NCBI GenBank assembly: GCA_964106915.2
Contig: OZ066919.1
Source of the DNA: Podarcis gaigeae
Taxonomy: Eukaryota
Length of the DNA: 64,000 nucleotides
Reading direction: 5' to 3' (one strand)
In this document: positions 46,167 to 58,300 of the stretch, piece after piece
Position numbering within the stretch: position 1 is the first letter of the stretch
How the letters are laid out: each line of letters begins with the position of its first letter
Position numbers and translations under genes: made by a program
Notes under the pieces: model-generated
Database searches by the model: none
What the model was told of the DNA's origin: nothing
What the model saw: the letters and a program-made list of their open reading frames with translations, nothing else

Positions 46167-46904
46167 CTGCCAGAAGAGGACAGTCAGTTATTGCAGGTAG
46201 GGGAATGGCAAGAGGGTGGGCGGAGGTAAGTTATCCTATTCCTTCCTTCTGGGTCTCCCCTACTATCAATCCTGTAAGGTCTTCCCACAAAAAGAGGGGC
46301 TTTAGAAGGGGCAACAGGCAGATAACAAAACAAGTCATATGGATGGGGACACACACACACACCCTTCTGCAACTTTGGATGCTTGCGCTGCTGGTGGTTT
46401 AAAGTCACTCCCCTTCCCCAGCTGGAGGCAAAGCAGGCAGGGGGCGGAGAGTTTGATTATGCTAAGGGGGCTGCTACCCCCTGCCTGCCCAGATGAATAG
46501 TCCTGGGTCAGGCTGTAGGGAAGCTGGCAGCTGCAGCCCATACAAAGCAGGCATAAGAGGAGTCAGCACAAAGGAGCCTCTGTGCCTGTTCCCTCTGCCT
46601 GCCTACTGATGGAGCACAAGAGGCCACAGGAAAGGCAAGCAGATCCCTTTACTCACTGGCAGGGAAGCTAAGCCCATCAGGGCATCAGAAAAGCCCTGCT
46701 GGACCACACCAAGCCCCACCTAACCCAGCATACTGCTTCCATCACTGGCCAGAACAATTGCTTTGGGAAGCCCACAAGCCAGGAGGGGGGCTTCATGAAG
46801 ATACCTGTTGTTTTGTCCCTGGCACCTGATATTTACAGATTTACCTGAATCATTTATGTCATTACTTCATGAATGAACTCTCCATGCGGAGGTTTCATTT
46901 AAGC

Positions 46905-47594
46905 CAAAGGTTTTCAACCTTCTTGAGTCCATGGCTCCCTTGACCAACTACGTTCTTTCTGTGGCACCCCTGTGGGGCTCAGGAGCCCAGTTATGTCACC
47001 CCTTGCTTGCTTGCAGAGCTGGCAGCCTCACACACTTTTTTGAACACCCCCCCTTTGTGGAGTGTTCCCTCAGCCTCCTCTCCGCTCCCCTCTCCTTGGG
47101 AGTCCTCCAGGCAGCACCTTAAATTGGGAGGCAGCAGTGGCTGCAGCAGGAGCCGCTGTGCCTACATGGCAGATAGGCTCCCTTTCAGCACAGGGCACTC
47201 GGATCCCAGGCAAGCCTTGGAAACAGCAAGAACAAGAAAGGCCAGTGCAGTACCTGCCTGCCTGCCCGGCCTCCCAATTGTCTGTCCATTCCCAACAGCA
47301 AGGGCTGGCGGACTGGCTGGCTGGGCTCCCTCATCCACTTGCTTGCTTACTCCGAGGCTGCCTCAGCGCCTGGCAACCAACACCTCCTGGCCAGCCCCAC
47401 AGGCACCAGTTGCCTGGGGAGCTTGTAGCCAGGGCTTTAACAAACAGCTATGCAAGCCTTTGGGAGGTAGATGTGAAAGGGCATCAGAGGAGGGAGGGAA
47501 GGAAAGAGGGACAGAGCCCAGTGTTGCCCGCAGCACCCCTGACCATCATTCAAGACACCCCAGGGTGCCATAGCACACTGGTTAGAAACCACTG
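46905..47594. mobile_element. 690-bp non-autonomous hAT DNA transposon
   Basis: Imperfect TIRs caaaggttttcaacc / ggttagaaaccactg, flanked by perfect 8-bp TSD atttaagc (46897-46904 and 47595-47602). Confidence 0.8.
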
Positions 47595-49593
47595 ATTTAA
47601 GCCATTGTGACCGACTGCTGCTGAGACTTTGCATCCTATAATTATTTATCGCCCTTTACAAAGCCCTATAAGCCAGTGACCATTACTGTATCCTGTGACA
47701 GGGAATGCCCAATGTTAACTATGTTTTGTGTGAAGAAGGAACAGGAATATACTCGTGCTTGTTCCTGGCAATCTCAGGAGGAAAACTGGATCCTCTCTTT
47801 GGCTCTTGGTAGCTAATTCAGAATATGCCCATCGAGCGTACAGTCTATGGATGTTTACATGGCATCACTAAATTGCCCTTTTATAGATGTCAACTCCCTT
47901 TTATACTCACAATAAAAGTGGGGAAATTACTATATCTGACCTGTCAGCCCATAAGTGAGAGCTGTTCTATTAAGAACATATAATGGTACACGGACTACAG
48001 GCAACTCCCCGTTTGCATGAGGATTGAGTTCCGGGTCACTGCGCATGTCAGCGGTCACACGTAAGTCCATACCACCCCTGCCCCCATCTGGGGCCAAAAA
48101 CAACATATGCACCAGCAATTTTGAGTTGCACAGTTTTAACTTGTGTGACAAGCCAGATTCTTCCCTGTAAGACTGGAAACTGGTGGGAAGAATGCACTAG
48201 AGAGTGGAGAGGGTGGGGAGAGAAACACTTGCTTTGACGCAATGTCATCTAATCTCCCCAAAAACAATTCCGAACCAATGGTCATTAAATAGCCAATGTT
48301 ATCTCCCTGCAAACAAATCAGGGCGAATGCTTAGTAAACAGGTCATCTGGAAGGAAGTGCCCACGGTGTGTCTATCTGTGACAAAGGCTGGTTATTGGCT
48401 GTAGTAAAAGGATATCACCAGGAGAGGGAGCCTCAGTCCTCCTTAATCATACCGAGTCCTTTAAAGTCTGTCAGAGAAAATAAATGATACTAAAAAATCT
48501 TGGCCCATCACCCTAGAGTTCCCCTTCCGAATGTGTCCAATGCTAGCCCAAGCCTTAGACATGCCCCCGATTTCTCTATCCCCTAAGGGGCAGGGGAAGA
48601 ACAGAGGCTACTTGCCGCAGCGTTGACAGAGCCAAGGTCTGAGCTACCTTTGGAACAGTACGACTTCCAAGTGGCTGGAAGCACTCAGCCCCACACAGAA
48701 GAAGCCCAAGCACCACACAGGACAGGATGCTGTCATCAAGTGTAGCCGCTTTCCGCAGGACAAAAATGGAGCTTTTGTGCATCTAGCTCCATCCTGGCAC
48801 CACCAGTTCCCTGTACTGCCCAAGGATAACAATGGCAGCCTTCAGATCAAAGGAACGGGAGATGTGTTGTGTCAACAACAAAGCCTGGCTTCTCTTCCCT
48901 TAGAGCGGATGGGGCACATCTGGCTGTGCTCTGGAACAATATTTCTCTGGCGGCTACTGCCTATACCTTGCCCCTTCCTCCTACTGAGAGATGGGACATC
49001 ACCTGAAGATGCTTCTAGGTTCAGTTCTCCTGCATGAGACTTAAGTGATCGTTAGTTCACTTGCCTACGTACTTGAGGGGTAAATCAGAATTTGAAGTAA
49101 GTTGGGTCAGCAATTTGCAAAGACTCTCCTCTGTCAACTGCCACTTGTAAAATTATTAACATCTTATTAAGAAAATTTCAGTTATAGAGAAAATAAAGTG
49201 ATAAAAGAGAAGGTAGAGAGAGAAGAACAAATAAAAAAGCAAAAAATTAAAACATAAGAAAAGACATAGGATACACTAAATATAATCAGCTATACTACCA
49301 TACATTATTATATAGGTATATCAGTACTATTATTGTCCAAATACATATATGATTATTGATAATCTACTATATTCTGTATAATCTCATTCCAAATGCCAAT
49401 ATATTTCACCTATTATTCATAAGCAGTTAAATAAACCATGACAGAGCTGTTTCTTTCCAGTTGAAGGCGTCAATAAGTCAATAAGCGAAGATTGGGAGCA
49501 AGGCGATGCAGCTGGCGCATCCTAGAATCCCTTGGTTAGACGGATGGATGATCAGCCCTGTGCTAGCAGCTTTTGCATCTTGACTGTTTAAAG

Positions 49594-49704
49594 CAGGGGC
49601 AGGGAAACTTGTAGCCCTCCAGACACTGCAGGGCCGAACTTCCCACCATCCTCAACCAGGGATGCTGCAGTTTGTAGTTCAGCCACAGGTTTTCCCAACC
49701 CTGG
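49594..49704. mobile_element. hAT-type MITE copy
   Basis: cagggg...ccctg ends, ccctccaga...gtagttcagc core, near TSD gtttaaag/gtttaaac. Confidence 0.6.
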
Positions 49705-52700
49705 GTTTAAACCTCCCCAACCCAATGCTGCTGCTTCTCATGAGGGTCTAAAGCATTTCCTTTTATCTTCTGAGAAACTCACATTGGCTCCTGTGGTTTG
49801 CACCTCACACCCAGCCAGTGATCCCTCCAGTTGCTGGTGTGTTAGGAAGAGGGTGCTGCACTTGAGTGCTTATGAGATAGGTCAGCTTTACTACAGGAAG
49901 GGAGAAAAGAGGGTATTGTAAAGAAAAAGTGGGTGTCCTAGGAAAGGAGCACTTGGCCTCTGTGGGCCCTCCCTCCTGTTCATGGCTGGGGATCCAGCAG
50001 CAGCCTGCCCCTGCCCCATGTTCCAGGATGCTTTGCTGGGGAGGATGTTGCTCCCTGAGCCCCACTACTTCTCAGGAGCTCTGAGATGAACAGGCTGCCA
50101 GCAGGGGCCTTTTGCAGGAGCCTCTCCTGTGGATGCACCTCCTTTGCTCTCCCCCGGTGCACGCAGCACACTCCACGTAGGCGCACGTGGCTGCCCGCTG
50201 ATCGCAAACAATTGCTGTGAGCACTCAGCAAATGGAAGCCGTCGTTTCAGCTTTGCCTCCTGCCACTGGGATGGGAGGGGGCTGGCAGCCGGCGAGTTGT
50301 GCACCTAACCGTGTCATTCAATTAGAGCCAGCAGCCGCTCTGGCACAGAGCTGCCAAGGAGCCATCTGCTGCGCTAACTGGGGGGACTGGCAGGGTACGG
50401 GAGAGCCACGCCTGCTAGAAGTGACCTCTGCTGCGAGCCCTGGCCATGGAAGCCGGAGTGGGGATTGTGGCATCATGGGGACTCAGCGGCAACCTAAAGG
50501 ATCATCTCCAAGGATCTCCATGTTCTGCAAGGGACAGGGAGACCCTGCACACAACCTGTCTCCAAAGAAAAGACTGCACGCACAATACATTTATAGCACC
50601 CCCCCCCAAAGAATCCTGGGAGCTGTAGTTGGTTAAGGGTACTGTGAAGTGTAGCTGTATGAGGGGCAAACTACACTTCCCATTATCCTTAGGGGGTGTG
50701 TTTTAAAAGTATGGTATGTACACAGCCAAAGGTATACATTTGCCAGTGGCAAGCAGGGAGTAATACAACATCCTAATATCCTTATCCCAGTCTTTCTCTG
50801 TATTCTTCACATCCACCCTTGACATGAGGGAGGCTTGAAGTCATTTCCCCATAAGTGGAGTCTTGGAGGGGCAAATGCAAAGAGGGAAAATCAGCAACAC
50901 TTTGCACACACAGAATGCATCCCAACCATAGTTGCAAGACAAGGGAGTCAGGCCAAGAGACAATCCTGCATCATGGCAACGTTTGACCCAGCAGTTCCAC
51001 GGGCTGCTCTTATGGGGGATGTTTGTGTTTTAGGGGCAGAAAATCTGGCACTTTTGAAGAGCTGTGGCACAATATGACCTTTAACAGATGTTGCCTCTCC
51101 TCCATCAATTCTGAAATGAGAAACAGAATATGAACAGAGCCCCAGAGCGTTCCAAGACTAGCAGTGAGATACATGTATTTATGCATATTTGTCCCAAGGT
51201 TTCTCTGCATGCTTGTTTACAGAAAAGTATGTGTGTAACTGTTACATACCTGCACATATACATGTGTATGCATGCATCTAGCTATGTGCAAATAACCTTG
51301 CAGGGTTTGCTTACAGAGGGATAAGGTTGATGGCCTGAGCATTGCCAGCAACTTTCCCTTGGTGCCTTTTGGCTGAAGGCTAAACCAGCCCTGCCACATG
51401 GGGTCTTTAATATGGGTGGCTACTCTTAACCAAACAGCCTTCTCCCTCCAGATACAGTCAAGCTGTTACTGCATAAATGCAGCTTCTGGAGGGGCAGTTC
51501 TGTTAATCTGTTGCAGCAAAACCAACAAAGTGCCTTGTGGCATCTTAAAGACTGAACCAATTTATTACGACACTAAGTATTATCCTCATTTGGTACTGTA
51601 AATACACCACACACTCACACTGTGCATAGCAAGAAGAAGAAAAAGGACAACCAGTGGAGCGGAATGGCAATAAAATGCAAAAAGTACATGCAAAGACTGA
51701 TTTGAACTTAAATGGGGATGGGAAGAGCAGCAGCATTCACAACAGCAGTAACTAGTAAAAATACAACCATCCTAGCATTGTTAATTAGCAAACTGTACTG
51801 GGAAAGGAACCACTGTGTCTATTTATGCCCAAACGGATACAAGAAAACTTCTTAAGTTCTGATTCAGTCCTTTCAGCTGCTGACATCTCTCTTTAACATT
51901 TCCATGTTGAAGAGAAGCAGCTTCCAGGTCAGCAGTGGAGTGTGTCGGAAGAATTAAATGTTCGCTCAGTGGATTCTGATAAAAAGGCAGGTATCTCACC
52001 ATATCAGACCTGGGCTAGCAGCTCCAGTCCACTTGGATGATGGCGTATGTGTAATTTTATCTCAAAGAGTCCCTACAAAGACAATCTGAGGAATTTGGAG
52101 TAATAACAGGTTATTCCACTCCTGGCTTTAGTGGCAAGTTTCCTATTAAGGTTCTGGGTCTGTACCCACCTGAAGGAAGCTTCTTTCTTTGGCTTTGTAA
52201 GATGTGTGACACAATGGACAGCAGAGGCTCCTCAGTGCTTTTCCACTTAGACCAATAGGCCTTTCACCAGGGCACAGCAGGGAATCTGGGGCAGAGAGAG
52301 GAAGTGCTAGCACCCCCTCCCTTTCTCTCAGCCGCGGAAGCAGGGAGTCCAGATGCTGTAAATCAAGCAACGAGTGCGTTCCCAGCTCCCCTCCCGCTCT
52401 GCCCCCCATTCCTTCTGCATTGATCGAGTCCTTGCCGGGCGCTTGCGGCCATTCATGTTCCCTGAGCATGGGCTCGGGACGAGATGTTCAGGCGGCAGCC
52501 ACATGTGACCGCGTGGCACGTTCGCTGGCGCAGTTAATGGGGTTGCCAGCCTGGCTACACAGCACTTTGCAAGGAATTGGATACACAGCCTGGTAGCCTT
52601 CCCCATAAGGAGTCATAACGGTGCGGTAGCTGTGTCAGGCTGTTGCAGCAAAAACAGCAAGAATATTGCGGCATCTCAAAGACCTGTGGAATAGAATCTA

Positions 52701-55224
52701 CTTTATCAGATGCATGAAGCGTTATCCTGCATTTGCTGCGGTGGTGGGGGTCTCTCTCTGAGTGCATGTATGTATATCAGCTGTGTCTGCATGCCACAAT
52801 AATGCTGTTGGAAGCGGAGTTCTGATTTGTTACCATGAAATAAACTAAAAATGTAAAGCCAAGAACAAAAGTTGACTGCTGTTCACAACTTCCCAGAAAT
52901 AAATATCCCATGAATACGTTTGTGTGTGTTTTTTTTACACTAAATCTTTGTCAAATCGCTGTACAAATCGGTGTATATGGCCAACACACAAATTCTCTCA
53001 CTAATAATTAGTAAACTAATTAACAATGTGGTAAGATGAGCTACTGTTGCTCGATTCTGGCACAGGTGAAAAAACTGAACTTTTCATAAATTACAGTTCA
53101 GCAGTTTCACGCTGGAAGTCTCCCTCTGAAGTTCCTTTGCTCAAGAAGATCAGTAACAGTGATCTGGGTGGTTGAAGTGTTCTCTCCCCCCCCCCCAGGT
53201 GGTTTCTGAATAGGGTGGCAGTTTATGATGTTCTAGTACTGTAACATGAAGCTCCAGGGTATCACACAACACAACTGCCTCTATCCTTTATATTCTACTT
53301 GTGCCAGTTTGACATTAAAGAATGACTCTACACCATTAGGCTGTGAAGAAAAATGGTCATAGTTCGTCCTACCAGTTCAGCTGCCCTAGCTGGTACACAG
53401 TTTTCCATGGCCAAAGGAGCAGCATCTCAAGTGTAAGGGCAGCACTATAGTTGGCTGCAGGTCAGATCCTCCATGGCTGACTTCTTAAAGCATGCTGCTC
53501 ACTCTGAGTAGCCTAATCCAACTTGAATTGCAAAGCGAGCACTAATGAGGCTTCTGTTCTGCTTAATTAATGGGAGCTCAGTTCACTCTGGCCACGTGGT
53601 GGTCTATTGGGCAGAGAACTCCCAACAGGAGCTCAAAGAGAAGGCTGGAGTGAAACTCATGGAAGTAGCCCATTGACTTGGGCAACTCCCAGCATACACT
53701 GCTGCTTCTTAGCATGTTAGGATCAAGCCGCTCTTTGGAAACTTTGGACTAGTTCATTTCACCTCCCTGAGGAGGAAATGTAGGGAATCGGTCCTCCACT
53801 GCTTCTGTTACTACTTCTTAGGGGGAGGTGAGTACTGAGGCTAATCCTCCGTTACCATTGCCTTTCCTTCAGCCCCTGGAAGAAACTACCAACCCTGCCA
53901 TTTTGGGGCAGGCAAGACAAGCAGTGGCTATAGCAGGGCAGAAATGGGCCACACATTCCCTTATTAGAGGAAGACATGTGAATTAGTTCCCACAGTGGGT
54001 CAGAAATTAAATCAGTTGACTTTTCATGAAGGAAAACTGTCTTGGCAAGAAAACATGTATTTGGCGGGTCTGGCCAAATCATGTACTGGTGGCAGCAATT
54101 TTACCTGTCGCACACAGACAGAATGTTTCACTGTTTGGAAGATTTATAATGATATCCTCCCAGAACAAGGGCTGATTTAAATCAGTGCTTTAAATAGAGT
54201 TTCCAGCTTTCTAATTCATGTATTTACTCAGCAAGTGTATATACTAAACAGATGAAAGTCAATGAAATTCTATATATTTTATACTAAATTCTGCCTCAGC
54301 TTTATACTGCTACCTAGGAGCATATATGGTCATGCAGCTTTCAATGGTGAAGTTAATTATTCTGTTTGGCATTCTTTCTATACATATGTGTAAAGGCACT
54401 TACTTGAATACTTTTATACAGAACTTTCCAGAAACAAGGGCTGGTAGTTACTGTATAGAAGAGCACTGTTTCTCCATGGTTATTTTAATTTGTTTTTTAA
54501 CATTATTTTGTTTTTCCCCATTTTGCCAGCAAGTCTCCCCTGTAACAGGCTCTCATCACATTGCCAGGGCATGCAGCAATACAGCCTGCTCATGCATTCC
54601 CATCCAAGGCCTGCCAAGCCTCCTCAGGAAGCATCCAGCAGCTCATTCATCCTCCAGACCCAAGGGCATAAGAACCTCCTGGGGGGGGGACAGAATAGGA
54701 GAAGAACCATGTATGGGACCCTGGGGAAGAATGGGGGGAAAGTTCCACACACCTTTCTATACTTGTGGAAGAGGATTCCAATTGGATCAGACATAAGAAA
54801 GTGATTCGTAAATTAAAAAATAGCAGCAACAACAACAACCCTGGTCCAACAAACCAAAGAATAAGCTATGAGAACACAGAATCCTGCCTCTTCCCTTTTC
54901 TCTTCCTTAATTAACATTTCCTTGTTTCCTGAAAGAGTTTCCAACAATATATGAACTAGGAAATGATCATTTGAGTGATCCCTGTCAAGCAGGATAGCAA
55001 ACCATGGACTGCTATCCTGGTTTGTAGGGATCATTCAAACCACATTTTCTTAGTTTGGACATCATGGTTCGGATGCCACCAGTTTAATAACTTAAGTAGT
55101 ACTGAATTAAAGTCCATGTGGGATAAAAATGAAAAGTCTAAAACAAGCTGGTAGGCAGACACACACACACTTTCATTATCAGTTTATGATTCCAAGCTTC
55201 TGTTCTGACTTTGTACTTGGCAGT

Positions 55225-55360
55225 TCTAGAGTGGCATCTGTCTTAGCCTATTGCAGCAACAACAAAAGGGTCTTGTGGCATCTTAAAGGACAACAAATTA
55301 ATAAAGAGAATTACGGCATAAATGTTTGTGGACTACAGTTGATTTCATCAAGTACATAAA
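55225..55360 (-). mobile_element. Old Penelope-like terminal repeat remnant (a related piece lies at about 51490-51570)
   Basis: tgtggcatcttaaag-ac-aac block is similar to gtagcaccttaaagaccaac of the 20.8 kb element. A decayed hammerhead-like core follows. Confidence 0.45.
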
Positions 55361-58300
55361 GTTGCAGGTATATCTTCACATGGTTATTTGGGGGGGAGGG
55401 TTTTGAAGAATTGCAAATGCTGATGCCAGAGGTAGTAATAAATTGTGTAATTAACAGTGGTAACTTACAAAACAGTTGTTGCTGATAACACAGAAACCCT
55501 GACATCTGTAAGCTAGGTTGCACGCAGAGTGTGATAAACAAATAAGCAATGTCCCAAATTTCCAATTCAGTCAACAAATTATAGCACTGAACCTCTTGAT
55601 GAATTCAGTGGTTTTACACTGCAATTTCTCTTTAAAGCTCTGTGATGTCCTTGGTTTCAGCATGCATGCACAGGGGCCTCCTGTACTGACATGGTGCAGC
55701 TATTTCATCACACTACATTGGTACAAGATGCCTCTGTGCAGGTATAAATGTATCACCTTACGTGCCAGACAATCATGATGAAAGCTACCAAGTTCTTGGT
55801 CTGCTGTGGAAGCACAGGTTTCTACCAAATTCTACCTCAGGCAGAATTGTGAGCCCTCCTTAAATGTTTGTTAAGTCTGGATTTCCTCCCCATACATAGG
55901 CAGTGAACCAGGAGTGGGTGCAAACAGTCACTATTCTCCAGACATTTAGCTGGCCTCTCTCCCATTACTGAAATGTTGTGGTTACTTGAGAGGGGAAATG
56001 CATTTTTAAATGTTCACCTCCCCAGGAAGGCTCTTTATCCCTGGTGTGCTCCTGAATAAAGATTCTTCCTGGTGCTGCCACTATCCCCATATGAGTGCGG
56101 TACCATACCTTTCCTCACTATTTGTGACTATTGCAGAAATACCAATGCCTCAATGGGCAAAAGCAAATGCTGCAAATGTTTTCATATTCAGCCGGAGCCA
56201 TGTTGGAACTGATCCTGAGCAATAGGTGGCAAAACTAGGGGAGCCATTTACCCTGAATCCCCATGGATGCCATTAACCTGCTTCTCTCTCTTCTTGCTCT
56301 AACAAAGCACAAAAGGGGAAAGTACCACAAACTTCACTTTTTACTTACAATGCTGGTGAATTCAAGAAAAAGTGTGTGTGCATCTATATTCACATACATG
56401 CATGATTTTGCATCCTCCTACCTGCACCCATCAAGTCAGGACTCATTCACACTTCCACATGCCCTGCTGGTTGCCCTCGGGGAAACCCAATCTTTACTGC
56501 TGAATTGGAGCAAACATCAGTTGGGTTTTTGTCCAGATTGACATTTGCTCTGATTTAGCACTAAACAGCAGGCTTTCAGGAAGTTGTGGGGCATAGGCAA
56601 AACCACTCAGACCCATGTTTTCCAGGCATGGGACAAGCGGAAGTGCGGAAGTGTAGACGAGCCCTCAGTTGCATAGCAAATGTGGTACAAATACATACTG
56701 AATTTGACTCAAGTGATGACACAGATCAGAGAGTCACCCATGGTTTCTCCTAGAGACACAGCAGGATTTCATAGGCATGAGAAGGGGAAGGAAGTTCTTA
56801 TACCACCTCATGCTCATCCATCAGGACTCCCTGGCAAGAGCTACCTTTCTTATGCTAATTCACCTGTTGGCTCAACTGGTGGGCCTCATGGCTGAGCTTG
56901 TAAGGCCACTGGGCTGCTTCCAGAAGGAGGCTTCAATCAGGCAACAGGATTTATGCTAGAGAAGCTCCTGTCAGCTGCACAGCCCCTTCCGGCAAGTGGT
57001 TCCCAAGGGACATGCTGCCCTTGCGGTGGTGAAGGAAGAGAAGCAGGTCTGGGCTAGAAGCCAGGTGGCAAGGAAGGCTTAGCTAGGAGCCAAGGGAAAT
57101 CCCTCTTTTGATCCCAGCTCACTCATTGCTTGAGTCAACTGGAGCCTCACCTGACCCCCCACTCATTACCCCACAAAGCCTCCAACTCTGGGGCAGTGCA
57201 GGCAAGAAGACAACTAGCTGCTCAGCTTATATCAACAACAAGAAGCCTAGAGTATGCTGGAGTCAAACTGTTCATAACATGATGCCCTCAGTACCAAAGG
57301 GAACAGGGAAGATCATTTTGGAGTGCCAGTGGGTAGAGACTGGGCACAGAATGTTCATCCTAGGCTAGGAGCTGCACAACGTGTGTGTTTCTAAATATTC
57401 TAGTGGAAGTCAGAAGGAAAAGAGAAAGCAGCAGATATTACCAGAAAAGCTTTTCCCAATTCCCCCAGCCTTGCTGGTCAAAGGGCTCCCATGATCACCT
57501 TCACATACTGCACCTTTATTGCACTGAATCAGTGTTGTACTCAATATACAATGGGTCAGAGGGGAGATAACATATTGAGGGTTCTATGCTTCAGTCTGAA
57601 GCCCAAACATTTTAGTAAAAGTCACATGGGACACCCAGCAGAGGTGCTGCTACCCAGGTGTGTTCTGAAGGCACAGGAGGTCACCACTTGGCTGATGCTA
57701 AACAGGTTTGTGGCTGGATTGCCTGAGAACTACATGCAGGCCTCCTTGGATCCCATGATAGAAGAAAGGAGGGATATAAGTGTAATAAAATAAAATAACA
57801 TAATAGATGCTATTCACACAATATGTGAAAGTATATTTAATTGGAGGGAGATGCCTGAATCAGGAGATGTTGAAAGAGTGGATTGTTATGCCAGTGAGAA
57901 GTTAACATTAAGAATAGTGAATCCAAGCATCAAATTAAATATTATTCAGTGTTTGATAGACAGGGCGGATCTTTTCTTTTCTTTGCCTTCTTTTGCTACA
58001 ACCTTTAGACTGCATTCACTATCATTCTATAGATTTTCCCCTTCTCCAACACATATCAAGTATGAGCACGGGGGGGGGGGTTCTCATTTCATTTGCCCCC
58101 AAACTTGAATCCTTTTGGCGTAGGAAGCAGCACTTCCAAAATGGTGCTAGGCAATAAATTGCGGGGATGGAAGAGACAAGCTGCTTTCCTAGGTGGGATG
58201 TTTTCTCCGCTTCATCCTTCTCTGGAATTGCAATAGGGTGGTGGCACTTTGGAAAAAAGATTACATAGATCAATCAGCCTCCCTCAGCCTGCTACCCTCC

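Noticed and set aside
51340-51399. Peptide PKGTKGKLL resembling the GlyT1a N-terminus (MVGKGAKGML)
   Set aside because: No appropriately placed ATG and no GT donor after it, so probably coincidence. RNA-seq would settle it.
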